Assembly: GCA_000934665.2 (NCBI GenBank)
Contig: JYFJ02000615.1
Span: forward strand, 1 to 64,000
Source of the DNA: Catajapyx aquilonaris
Lineage: Eukaryota
Direction of reading: 5' to 3'
Length of the DNA stretch: 64,000 nt
Shown piece by piece: positions 39,954 to 53,100 of this stretch (positions are counted from its first letter, which is position 1; the number at the start of each line of letters is the position of its first letter). The position numbers were made by a program, and so were the translations under genes. The notes under the pieces were generated by a model, which was not told the origin of the DNA, made no database searches, and worked only from the letters and a program-made list of their open reading frames with translations.

Positions 39954-40959
39954 CAGAGTTGTGAACCGAACCCTTGCTCCGTGAACCCGATAACATCGGA
40001 GCAGCTCCGGAGCAGTAGAGCCGGGTCTGGAACGAGCATTGGAGTTTGGTTCGGGTTCGTTCCGGTTCAGGAGCAGAGTGGAGCCAAGGTCGGAGCGGGT
40101 CCGGAGTTTGGTTGGGAGCTTGCCAGCTTGCTCCGGAGCATGGTTCGGGCCAAGGGGTCTGGAGCTGAATCTGGTTCCGGAGCGGGTTCAGAGCGGTTCA
40201 GAGCTTGGTTAGGTACAACATACCAACGCAACAGGGGGAAGGGCAGAAAAACTGCTGGATTTATTCCAGCATATGCGTCATGTTTTCATGGTGGGAGAAT
40301 GACATTTCCAAGCACCTGCGATACAGGGTGTACCACAAACGTCACATTTTTATGTCATTTTATATGCACATTTGTAAGTTACAATATGTCATATGCACAT
40401 TTGTAAGTTACAATATGTCATATGCACATTTGTATGTTACAATATGTCATATGCATTTTTGTATGTCACAATATGTCACCCATTTTTTGGATGTCATTTT
40501 CATGTCATACCCAGAGCTAATGGTCATTTGTTGTATGTGACATCCAAAAAATGGGTATGACATATTGTGACATAAAAAAATGCATATGACATATTGTATT
40601 GTACAAAGATGCATATGACATAAAAATGTGACATTTGCGGTACACCCTGTATGGCGGGTGCTTGGAAATGTCATTCTCCCACCATGAAAATATGATGCAT
40701 GCGCTGGAGTAAATCCAGCGGTTTTTCTGCCCTTCCCCCCGTTGCGTTGGAATGTTGTACCTAACCAAGCTCTGAACTGCTCCAAACCCGCTCCGGAACT
40801 GGGTTCAGCTCCGGAGCCATTGGCCCGGACCCGCTCTGACCTTGGCTCCACTCTGCTCCTGAACCAGCTCGAACCCGAACCAAACTCCGACTCTTGCTCC
40901 GGAGCGGCTCCGATGTTATAGGGTTCATGGAGCAAGGGTTCAGTTCGATTCACAACCTG
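39954..40959. mobile_element. 1-kb hAT-type foldback element with nested central MITE
   Basis: Termini CAGAGTTGTGAA / TTCACAACCTG with exact 8-bp TSD TTTTTTAT (39946-39953 / 40960-40967). The arms are complementary almost to the centre (~40511-40532). A 29-bp tandem unit occurs 4 times at 40362-40477. Confidence 0.88.
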
Positions 40960-43793
40960 TTTTTTATTATCTATTGCATGGTGAAGTCCACTTATTCCTA
41001 AATGTTCTTAATGAACCAGCACGTCAGGATTTTCTGTCTTCGCTAGCATGTAAACAAGTTGTCAAATATTTGCCTTCAATTATCTTTTATCTCAAAACTG
41101 GTTTTTTGTGAATAATTTTAACAGTCCAGGGCTTGTCACTGTACAGTGCAGCCAGTGGAAGAAGAGTAATTACATGGCCACTTAGAGAACTATGAGAGAG
41201 GTATCCATCGATATGATGGTTGTGAAGAAAGAGAGAGAAAATAATAGTGGGTTACTGATATCCAAGAAGAAGTGCTCCTTGAAGCGATTTTACTTCGTTA
41301 TAATTTCCTTGTCTTCTAACCATTAGTGCTGCAGTTTTGTAAACATGATCGATCCATTTATGTCTTGCCTAATCCTGTCAAAGAGGCTTGAATCCAAGGT
41401 TTCACTATTCACGTAAATGAGAAAAAATGCATCTCCATTTTAAAATTGGAACTCGAGATAATTCATGATAATGTGTACAAAGATTTCAACAAAGGGAAGA
41501 CTTGGGTCTCTGTTGTTCAGAATTTGACTACCAGAGTTATTGCAGCTACAGGAGAGAGAGAAAAAAGTCCAAAAACTTCATTCAGCAAGCTTGGACCAAC
41601 TGTAATGTAGATGCAATATTGAGTGCATGTCCGCAGCTGAGCAATAATGATATACTCCCTCTGACCTGATATATTTACCCAAAAAAGATGGCAGAACAAA
41701 CTGCTTGATGGTGCTCCATTGTTATTGTTATAAATAAAGCATTGATTAAACATTCAGAAAGTTATGTACAATCAATTAAAAAACGAATCAGTCAGGTTTC
41801 AACTCTGGTAATTGAGGAAAATGAAAAAAATTCTGTAAAAAATGGAACTACTTATTGAAGATATACTGTTCATTCAAGGTTCTAGGTGAACCTCTCTTTC
41901 ATATTCTCTCATTCATATTCTGTAACATTTTGCTGCCACTCACTCATACTAACTATAAGTCTTATTAGTTGCTGCTGTTTGCTTGCACAAGTGATTAGAG
42001 ATACTGGATGGCACCGAAAAAGTCTACAGGTAGTGTTGGTGACGATTACATGAACTCATAAAGTATGTAATGTAAATCATTATTTAAATCCTCATGAGTT
42101 TAAAAAATGGAGTTTGATAGTGGCAGTGATTTGTAGTCTACTATTGGTCTGATATCTAATTTGAAATACAGGTACAACTGGATGCGATATGATGCATAAT
42201 GGCTAAAACATCAAATTGCCCATCCATTTGGGCGCAATATTATTTTCAAAGAAAGGCTTGTCTCTGACAGCGAACCTTACAAAGATGTCGGCATGGCAAA
42301 GAGTGACAGGGTTTGGGGGGGGAAATGGGACGAGGGGTGAGAAGAGAGGCTTAAAAGAACCTCTCTCTAGAGAGGGGGAAGGTCCTGCCTAAAATATATG
42401 CAAATTTAACACTCTCCTGACTCACTTTGGAGCACGTTTTGAGCCCTTTGTAACAAGGTTTTAACTCACTTGACACTCGCAATTGGATCAGTTTCATAAG
42501 AGAGAGAGAGGGGGGGGGGAGGCAGGAGGGTGGGAGAATCCCCTGATGACAATCCTGACTTTGCAAAAGATGAGTTTATTATTTCTCCTTGCGCACTTTT
42601 CAATCAAATCATTTAACACTACAGAGCAGGGGATTGTTTACCCCAGAAACTATATCCGACGGAAGCAACAATCAGAGCACTCATTCACTTGTGATATTGC
42701 GTCTCATTACGCTCAATCACTTACTACAGTGCATTAATATTACAGGCAGTTCATTCACCCTAATATTATCAGATAACATTGAAAATCCAATAAAAGTGGT
42801 AGTTGGAAAGTTGCTTAATTTGTTTCCTCATGTTAAAAAGTGTGGTAATGTCTTTAAAAATATTATGTGAATTTTACCTCCACACCCCCCCCCCCCAAAA
42901 AAAAACAACAACTTAAGTCTGTGATTTTTCTTGTATCAGCAACATTGTGATTTTTCGAGAATTGTAATATACCTTTTCTTTTCCCTCCTTTCAGATATTG
43001 AATATTACTATTACTTGTTATCGCCAGAGAGTGAAGCGCTGGGACCCACCCGCGACCTGAATGTCAGATCAGGCGGACTTATATATCTGTAGAGAGAAAA
43101 GAAATAAGGGGGGGAAAAAATGTTCCTGAAAAATATTGATTCCCTGACAAAATTCGCAGTCCTCAGAGCGCCCAGAAAATTTTCCCCCGACTGATAATGT
43201 GCGCTGAATATTAATGTACATTTGCTCATTTTCGGTGGGGGTGTGGGAGGCAGGAATATCGGAAGTCGTCAAGATCGCCTGGAGGATTATTAGGTGAGGG
43301 TGGAGAAGAATATTAAAATCGCCTTTGACTCCAACGAACACATACCAAAAAAAAGAAGTAAATAAAAGCTAACAGGAAAATTTAATCGGCATCTCCCCCA
43401 ATCACGTATACCCGTGATTAACTCCAGGTTTAAAAAAGTAAAGGCTGTTAATTATCAAGTCACTGTTAGAATCACTTTCTTGTTACAATTTCCTCTTCGT
43501 GTCACGAGACCTTTTTCGAAGATTCCTTCGGGGCCATTCTAATCAGCAAAGTTTATCCCTCGAATAAGCCGAGCTCGAAACTGCGCAATCTAGCCCACCT
43601 CACCCCCTCAGAACGTCTACGACTTTTCCTTGTAATTATCCTTCTAATTTACTAATTAGAACCTTCCCACCCACCCACCCCACCCCCTCCCCAACTACCT
43701 TGAATGCGCTAACGACTCAAAGTGCGGTAAGTGTGACGATTCTCGATTAAGTAGGCTAATGGAGGAGAAGAGGAAGTAAGTCCTTATTAAGCA

Positions 43794-44170
43794 ACCATAC
43801 TTCAGATCCAGTTGCAGGTCAGCGTTTGCCAAAAATGACTATAAAAATATGCTAATTTTGAGCAATTCAAATTTTTTCACTCAATATTTGTTTCCAGTGC
43901 ATTTAAATAACGGCCTGTGTATAGTGTGCGATAATTTTTTTTCTTTCAAAAATTGTCCAGCTTGTAATTAAATTTTTACTCAGACCATACCCAGTTGCAG
44001 GTCAGAGACTATGAAAGGCTATAAAAATATTATACAAATATTTTCGAGCCATTTTTAATCGAATATTTCCATCCAATACATTTAAACAACCTCTGCCTCG
44101 ACCTCTGCATATTGCTTGTATAGAGGATGATAATTTTCCCCAAAAAATCGTTCAGGCTTGCAATTAGCAT
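43794..44170. repeat. Diverged ~190-bp tandem duplication
   Basis: ACCATAC..CCAGTTGCAGGTCAG..CTATAAAAATAT..CATTTAAA occurs at 43794 and again at 43984. Confidence 0.55.
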
Positions 44171-47100
44171 TTTACACAATTTGAAAGTGCAGGTTGTTGC
44201 GCTTAACTTTATCCTATATTTCGGATCTAAAAAGTTTGTTCAGTTTATGAATAATTTTGAGGCTTTAAAAAATTGGACATCAGGCCGGACAGGGCGTGAA
44301 TTAATTTATGCATTGGGGAGCATTGCGAGCCTGGCCATCGTGTCAACTTTTTTTTTCTTTCTCTGGGAACATTTTGGCCTACATTTTATGCTCCAATTTT
44401 CTAACGGGATGAAACGCATTGAATCCGGTTTTTGGATCTGAAGCATTACTGCTGAGTACAAAAGGCGGCGAGCTTCTTTCGTCAAAAAAAACGGAAAAAA
44501 TGGAAAAAAGCTGGTGGAAAAACAACAGGAGGCGTCCTGAGAGAATCCATCATAGACATAAATAAATGAAAGGCGAAAATCCCAGCTGAGCTATACCTAG
44601 ACACAATTTAAAAGTCAACCAAGGTTTAACTCGAGGATTTTTATGCGTCCCAGAACAGAGCCTTAGATTTTTCGGCATTTATATATGGCGCACTGTGATT
44701 TTTGCATTCTGTACAACCGGATGTTCCGTAACTTCTTGGATGAATGTGTGTTCCAGGTGTCATTTACCCGGAGACGCCTCGTTTCTGAGATAATTAGCTC
44801 TAGAGGGCGTTAATCTCAGGGCCTCCATAATTAGCGATGTAATATTCGTCACTAATTGTTTCCTAACCAAATATGCTCTTGTTCACTGAGCACCTAAAAA
44901 TCACTCAATTGCAATTTTTGGCTTAACATGTTTTCAATTGAAGCTGGCAGAAGTTTTGGTCCTGTTTTTTTTTCTGGTAACACCCTGTACGTTGAGTGGG
45001 GGAGACTATACGATGTGTATATCTACGCCTTCTTCCGATGTTACGGAGCCTTCCTAAGAAGCGGTTTCCGCATCCGAAATTGGACCCCGCCCTCGGAATG
45101 CCAAGGAAGTGAGAAGTGTAAAATGGGGCCAGGCATCGGCCATTTTCTCGTTTCCTTTCATCTCGGCTTCTCCCTGGAGAGAAGCCTCTACGGAGCCTAA
45201 TGAGTCCAGGAAAAGATGGAACCGGATAAAAAAAAAGAAAAAAAAACCGTACACCCCTGATCGAAGAAGGTTTTTTTTTTTTAAAGGAAAGGAAAGGTCC
45301 TTCGCCTCTTCTCAAAGTCAACATTGGTTCACTCAACTTCCGTCCTTGTGTGAGCCGGCAAAGAGAAAAGCGAGAGAAAAAAGGGCGGGAAAAAAAATCC
45401 GGATTTTCGGATTTTTTTTTTACCGTTTTTTTGAACTTACCCTCCTCTTTCTAGGGAGCTAAGTTTGGGGATGGGGAATGCCAATCAAGGCGTCTCTAGA
45501 GTGGGTAGAGTGCGGGACGTGCCTGAATTGTTGATTGGCCCTTGGGCCTTGCCTTGCCTGCCACTGGATTACAAGTTGCTCCTCACCAAGGCGTTGCTCG
45601 GGTCGGCCCCGGGGCCATTTTGCATGCTGCCCAACCAGTCTTCTTCTTACCCTCACGCCCCCATCTTGTCCCCTCTTTACTTTAAAAAAAAAACTCTCTT
45701 CGTTTCTACTTCCATCGGCCTACTATCCGTTGCAGTTCGCGTCGTTCATTTATATTCACCGTGTCCACAACTTGAGATGGTTTGTATAGAATGCATGATT
45801 TAGAAAACGACCCAAATTTCATTTTGTGGCCAGGAAAAGCAAAAGTGGAGGGGGAAAAATGTGTGTTTAAAAGGTCGTTTACCGATTTCCGACATTGTTC
45901 AGAGTATGTGGTCGCGGGATAGAAATAATTGTAAGTTGAAAAGGCGAAACAACATTTTATAAAGCCACATGAATTTAAAAAAAAAAAACTCAAAATGGTG
46001 GCCGCACAATTTTTGTTATTTTCGGCACAGCAGGTGTGCCCAAGCCGCAGCAGAAGTCAAAGTTTAAGTGCCACTCGTTGTAAATTCAGGTAGTTTGAAA
46101 AGTAGGTCGCATCTATATTTTTTTAAAGCGCCATTTTGACATTCTTGCTTTTCCTCTCTGGTCTCTACATATTGTCAGCTGATATGTCCTTCTCTTGTCC
46201 AACTAGTCACACAGTTGCACAGAACTTAATACTGAGTTTCTGGTGGTCCTGACCTAAGGCAATCCCATGGGGACACAAGAGAGCGGAATAAAATGGCCAT
46301 CCTTTTTTTCCCCCCAAGTACATAAACCCCCCCGAAAAAGAAGAAGCGGTTTCCGCCCAAACGTTGACCATTTGGATTGAATTGAACATCGCTCGTCCTT
46401 TAATATCAGCACTTTCTACACAAGGCCTTCATTTCGACAAGTAGACCTTCCCTCCGAACGATTACCTTCCAGGAAGTCAATCCAGACAAAAAGGCTAACC
46501 CTGAAATCCTGGAGGGCTATAAATTGCAATCCGAGGACTTTGCCTCTGCTTCTTTTCCCTCGAGGGAATCCGGGCATTTGTCCAAATGCACCAGACTAAC
46601 ACAACAACTCTCAGTGCATGTTGTGTCTCAAGCACAGGGTGGCCTAAAAAGTTCATATAGGGTTCTAGAAATATTTGGGAAAAGAAAATCTAACCTTGCC
46701 AGTGTTACAGACTCTATCCGCGGCCATACTTTAACGCCCTAATTAGCTCAGTGTCTAGCCTGCAGAATGATCATAAATTCATCCTAGAGAATCATTGCAG
46801 AACATCCCTCGCAGTGACATAACCCGGCTCCATTATAATCCAAGCGGCTGGATATTATTGGCCAAAACTTTCCAAGCACCCTGTGTGATAATTTGGGTAC
46901 GTCTGATGGCGACTGTTATTGTCCTTTTCTTATGCAGCTCCCATAGCAAATTGTGTTTTAATTAACTTGTCACGGTGAAGTACAGCCGGGGGACTAAATT
47001 CATCTTTCACTATTCCGGACCAATTCTCTCTCTCGTCTCTATCCAAAGACTCTCTCAGTCCAGGCCCAGCCGCCCGCTTTTCAGAGCCAATAATGTTCAA

Positions 47101-50100
47101 AATGCTAATTGACAATTATTATGCGCCTGGAAAGGTGCACAATAGGTCTCCCCTCCAAAATTATCACTCCTCGTCGACGCCATTCACCGGGAACTAATTG
47201 CAGAAATATTGGCGTCGCAGATGAAAACTGATCTCACCGGATCGTTTTTGCAAACCCGGAAAAGGCCGCCATCTTGTCGATCGTTAAATTCGGCGCCAAA
47301 TTTTACCCTCCAGGCGTAAAACCGCGTTGTAAATAATAAAACTGATGCGAAACCCCTCGGTTGGAGGTTTTGCCTGCTGCTGCACGCTTTCGAGACTAAA
47401 ATGTGTGTATCTCAAGCCCCAGAGTTGAGTGGTCCCTGATGAAAACCTGTTGGGCAAAGCCCAGACTCTTCCGGTTTTCCAAGCCTCTACCCACCACCAG
47501 TATTGTGTTTGCTTTCGACATAGTTAGAGGCAAGTTTAGGCCCATGTTGGAGGAAAGCACGTACCGGACTCCGGGGCCAATTTGTTCTGGGTTTCTATAG
47601 CCTCAGGTGGGTTTCAGGACTAGTGTTATGCCTGGATGGTTGGGGCTACCCCTTTTCCGTACTGGAGCTGTCCGGAGAGAGAGACTATCGGTTTTCCAAG
47701 GGAGAGGAAATAAAGAAGCCACAACCGTTCCCCATCCGTGACTTGCTCCTCATTTTGTTACCCAGCGATTTGCGGGGGAGCAAATTTTTCGGATTCTCTT
47801 GTTGGGTTTCGGATTACTCAGTATATCACAGAGGTAGAGAGAGAATGGGGCTTGGGAGAAGCCGAATTTTCACACATTAGAACGACTGAACCAGAATTGA
47901 CTCCAGAACAGTTAAAAATAACGGTAAATAAATATAGTTACGACCTTGGAGTCTTTTAGGAGCGCACAATTTTTTAATAAGCTGGCTGACAGCAATTAAC
48001 CTGATGCTATTTGCAATTTTGCATCTGCCTCATTAGGATAATCAAGTTCGGCTTGTAATTATTTTGCATTTTTTTGGGAGGAAAAACTGCGGGTTGCAAT
48101 TTGCATGAAAGCAACCATGCATTGAAAAAAGGTCGACTACACAGAGACTCATCAAAAAAAAAATACAGTAGAAAAAATGATGAATGTGTACAGTACTGTA
48201 AATATTATGAACGTTGAAGAGTTATCCTGGTTTTTATGCAACCGCACCCTTGTATCACGGAAAATATAATCTGCAGGCTCACAGTTGTACTAATCCACTG
48301 CATAATACAGTATTACCGCATTTACAGTACAGTACGGATTCATTCAAATGGGAAAGAAAGGGGGAAATATTTAATATAGACAATAGGTTAAAAATTTATG
48401 CAATGACGAGCATCCTATGTCCAGCCTGGCTAAAGTTATTCTTCACCCATTACTGGGCCAGCAGCACGTACAATGAAATTATAAAAAAATTAAGCAACGA
48501 AAGAGTAATCGCCTACAGTAACCACGGCGTTTATCAAATTATCACCCATAAAAATTTTCCTAACGTTAGTGCCATTAGGACCCGTTTTTGTGGACTAAAT
48601 CCTAATTGAATCTCAATCTCCCATCAGGGGGGGAAAAATACATAATCTGGCTCCAATTACTACAGTGCATGCAGTGCTTGACTCTATTTACGGATCCGAC
48701 ACTTGTTCATAACACAAAAACCACGCCATATTACACCTCCTTTTTAGATGCTAATCAACCGCAACTAATTCGAGTTCCACATCATCTGGCAGTCTGAGGA
48801 CATTTCTTGTTGCCTCGCTCTCAATTGCATTACTTAGACTCGACGTACCTTTATTGCAAGGCCTCAGGGAAAGAAAAAAAATAGAAGGAAGAAAAAGGAA
48901 CGAGGGAGATACATACTGTGGCTGGAGAGGCTGATCTTAATTTGACAAACGGCCCTCCCATACGCCTTGGGAAGCCTTGCCGCCGCCTTATATTTCCACC
49001 GAATAACACCTGCGCCTCTGGCCAACATCATTTTTATCTCCTCCACCGATACACGACTCCTTTTCTGCCAACCACTCACATAGATTTCCTGCACCAAAAC
49101 TGCATTTGCTCGTAAATTGTTCGCAAGTTCAAGAGATGCTATATACGAACAGCATCCCGCAGTTTCCTCTAAAGGCTATATTACGCACATATCTTCTCAT
49201 GTGGAAATCCTACGCACAGATCTAATTCCGGCACCATCTTCCTTCTCTTTCCCAGCATCTCTCCCTTCTCCCCTCCATCTTCGCCGTCCTGGAAGATAGC
49301 ATTATCCATGGTGCTTCATGCTGCATTTCATCTGCCATCTCATCACAAATCTTAACGAGATAGATTGCCCCCATCGGAGCGGGGTGGTCCAAAGGCCCTT
49401 GGGCCAAATCTGACGCCCTAGCTCGCCTTGTGTCAAACCCATCGATTCTCTCTCTCCGTCCACTTTCGCCCCATCCTAGAAAGGAAGGAAGGAAGGAAGG
49501 AAGGAAGGAAGAAGGGAAGTGTCCCTTATAGCCTTATACGTATAAATCGTCATGAAAAACTCTGTAGTAATATCACACCGAAATCAAATAGGGCTGCAAA
49601 ATAATAATATGTGTACTAAAACATTCTTAGGCCATTATGACAGTGGCTATTATTACAAAATGAGCAATAAATATTTGTGCAAACTAAATTTTGATCAAAC
49701 GGCCCCCTGTTGGAACATAGATGCGGACTATGAAGCAATTTTTGTTAATTAACAACGTCCCTATAGCCTTTGTTCCGGAAGATAATCACTAGTCAGTAAC
49801 ATTTTATCGAGGCGCATATCGCCCCAGTTTTATTAAATTCTTTCCTAAAACGGATTAAGAAGCAGAGTTTCATAATTTTCATGGCAACACGAACGGCGAA
49901 ATCGATTATGGGAGAACCGGGCACGAGTATAAAAATGGCCTCCAGCAAAATTCACCTGCATTAGGCTTGGAGAAGGGGACAAAAATTGCGAACTAAATAT
50001 TATACTTGGTGCGTCCCCCCCCCCCCCAAAAAAACCCCTCAAAACACCTCACAATTAAAACTGACTACCGGGGCTACAGCCGCCCAAAATTTTAATTTCG

Positions 50101-53100
50101 TCCGAGTCCAAATGAGAAGACTCTCTGGAAAACGGCCGTTACAGAGACTATCAGCCCAAAATGCTCTGGCTCGTTTTCACGGAGAGGATATTTTTTTTTG
50201 TTCTCCGTCAGCCACTATTGCCCAGAGCGTTATGAGGCGCATTATGAGTTACTCATGGTGGCGTAACATGGTACAGCAGGGCCTCCCAATCTGTAGGATA
50301 ATACACTGCACTTTTTTTTAGGGGGTCTGTATATACCAAACTCCTCAGAGGGTTGCCAAAAAATTGCAGGCTTTTTGATGAACTCGGACAAATGCAGGGT
50401 GGGCAGTACTGCGAAATTTTGACGGTGCAGGAGAAGTTGATGAGAATTCAATCCATCAGAAACCATTTTAAAGAGAAGCCATAAGTTCAAAAAATTGCGA
50501 TTTAAAGACTAACAATGACCCTAAAACTATCAGCTTGAACCTATAAGCAGATTAGTGCAATAAACTCTCTAAAAGTTCAATTAGAACACCGAGAAGTGCA
50601 TCTATTTTCAGAACTAGGCGAGTAAACCTTTGATTTGATTGCATGTCTGCATCAGGCCAAAAAAGTACAGGGAAACAATTTCCGCATTAACGAATTTTGT
50701 GACACTTGATTAAACAACGGCTATTAGTTACACAACAAAGTTTAATGCAGTGTGAAATGATTTACCGGCATGCGCAATTATTGTGCAGTAAACAATATGT
50801 ACAAACTAATAACCCCGGTCCCGGATTATTTACATTATTCAAATGGGTCCAGGGCTGACTGGACTGATGGCAAAGATAACGTTCATTAAATATAATTATA
50901 ATTGTGGTTATGTCCTTCTCCCACTGTTTTTCTAGCCCAATGGTATGGTGGAAGTTTTAAAAAATACCCCCCCCCCCCACCCATGCTCCTTATTCGCAAA
51001 ATGCAATTTCGGGGAGGCCTTATGGTTGGTTCACCTTCAACTCGGCGTGAAATCGGCCTCGTAGTCGGAACACCGTAACCCTTCCCCAAAATGGCGGAGA
51101 GAATTACCAGTTTGAGGATGGAAAAAGAAGAAAGAAAGAAAGAAAAAAAAAACGAGAGCCATATACTGTCTGTAACAAAAAAAGGTATTGCCAAAACAAA
51201 TGTACGAATTCGACAGGTGTAACAAATCAGAAAAGTCAACCTTTGATCCATTCTGTTTACAGAAAATGCTGATTGTAATTTATCTCATATAGTTCATACG
51301 ACTGGATAGGGTATATACAACTACAGAGGCATCGACAATGCTCTTTGTGTTTCTTTCCTTCCACTGTTTTCTCTCTTTCTCTAGTTCTTGTTTCCATGGA
51401 GGGGGCTTCCCTGGCTGTGCTGCGAAGGATCTCGGGAGATTTTGTGGTGCGAGGGTGTAAGATTTATTTACTCGGCGTAAATCCTGCCCGGGTCCCTTTG
51501 GAGACGTATCTCGCTCTGGAGTGCTGACAAATTAGCTTCATCTCAGAGGTTGGGAGGGGGCCCACGGATTTGCCCCCTGGAAATGAGGGCGGGCCTGACA
51601 CACGACACGAATCGTAACCAGGAATTGAAATGGACTTAAGTTTGGGTTGGATATCGTCGTTGGACTCTGATGAGGCAACATTGCACGTAGAAGTGGCAAC
51701 GTCGACAGTTGGCAGTGTCGTAAACGCCATCTGTTATCTAACTTGCAAGTAACAGGCGCTGTCCCGAGCAAAGCCATCTAAACGACATTTTGTCACAAAG
51801 TTATTTTTTTGGCTCCATCAATGATAACAAACGGATTTCCATCGCTTCTTAAGTTGCAATAGTTGATAGGATGACAAAGGATTATGTACATTTTTGTTCG
51901 TAATCACACTTCGGGAGATAAAACAGGGGAGTAGATTACTTGTAATAGTATTTATGCCTACAGTGTACTCTATGTACCGGCTAAAGGCTGCAAACCATTA
52001 ACATTGTTTGGGACAATTACGGGAAAAGCTAAACCCTTGTATATCACACACCTGCGGCGGTACAACAGACCCCTAAATGAAACAATGCAAGCCACTAACC
52101 ACATAATATAAGCCACGCTTATCGCCCTTTTTTTTTGCTAATCCTAACATTACGGATGAAACTTTATTGCGCCTTTAGGACATTGTTATCTCTATAGATG
52201 TCACCAAATACTGAGCAGCGATTGTGAGATAACAATATCAACAATCGAAGTAATTTGCACTTTTGGTAGACTGTACTACATTATACTAATAATAATCGAC
52301 TGCGGAATAAAATGAGGTACCCGACTCTGTAGCCTACTCATTGCGCTACGTTTATATACCCCCCCCCCCCCACACGTAATTATGGAGCATTGCCACAAAA
52401 TACCCTTCATATTCTAAGGGCGAGGAAAAAGGCTCCGTGCATCGCCGCAGTAATGGAAATGAATTGCATATTATTTTTTAAGCCGGCCAGGATAGCACAT
52501 CCGGGATGTGAGAGCCTATTCCACTCTTCCGACCCTGTTTATGCAAACAAGATGAAGCGCTTTAATCCCACGTCATGGCCAGAAAACTGCATCTGAATTG
52601 CGCAAAAATACTCAACCGGAGCTTTCCGCGAAACGTTTTCGCCAACAGAAACAGAGCTCCCTCCCGATACATTTTTTTTGCCAACTACTGATGCGTTTGG
52701 CAATGGCAATGAAGGTGACTAATTTTTTTTATCCATCAGTCTGGCCAGTACAGTACCGCATTCTAAATGTACCGTAATGTCAGCACTGATTTTTTTTGTT
52801 GCTAAATCGAACAATTTGGGACAAGGTCCTTCCATGATGTGATTTTATCGCCTGAGTATACAACAGCAAGTGCGACAAAGTCCAAGGAATAATTATTACC
52901 TCCCAGCTTACGGAATTTCCATCCCCGGAGTGAGACTGCCGGGGACAGAAAAGAGGCTCAACTTTTCATCAGGCCGGATTGTGCAGTAATTAACAGGCTC
53001 TCTTCAGATTAGCCTTGTGCGGTGAAATGGGGGTGATGTGGTGTGGATGGAAGGGGGGGTGTCCTATGATGCCTCCCCCCGAAATCCCCCCCTTTTCCAT

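Noticed and set aside
40362..40477. 29-bp repeats (and the 21-bp repeats at 58890-59152) as a CRISPR array
   Set aside because: The units are head-to-tail with no unique spacers, no cas genes are present, and the context is eukaryotic.
39924..40953. Paired 160/168-aa ORFs on opposite strands (likewise the ORF pair at 2289-2830)
   Set aside because: They are mirror-image products of palindromic repeats with no protein-family features.
51664..51720. Hammerhead ribozyme cores (CTGATGA here, and at ~47436 and ~60820-60846)
   Set aside because: No correctly placed GAAA with paired stems I-III.
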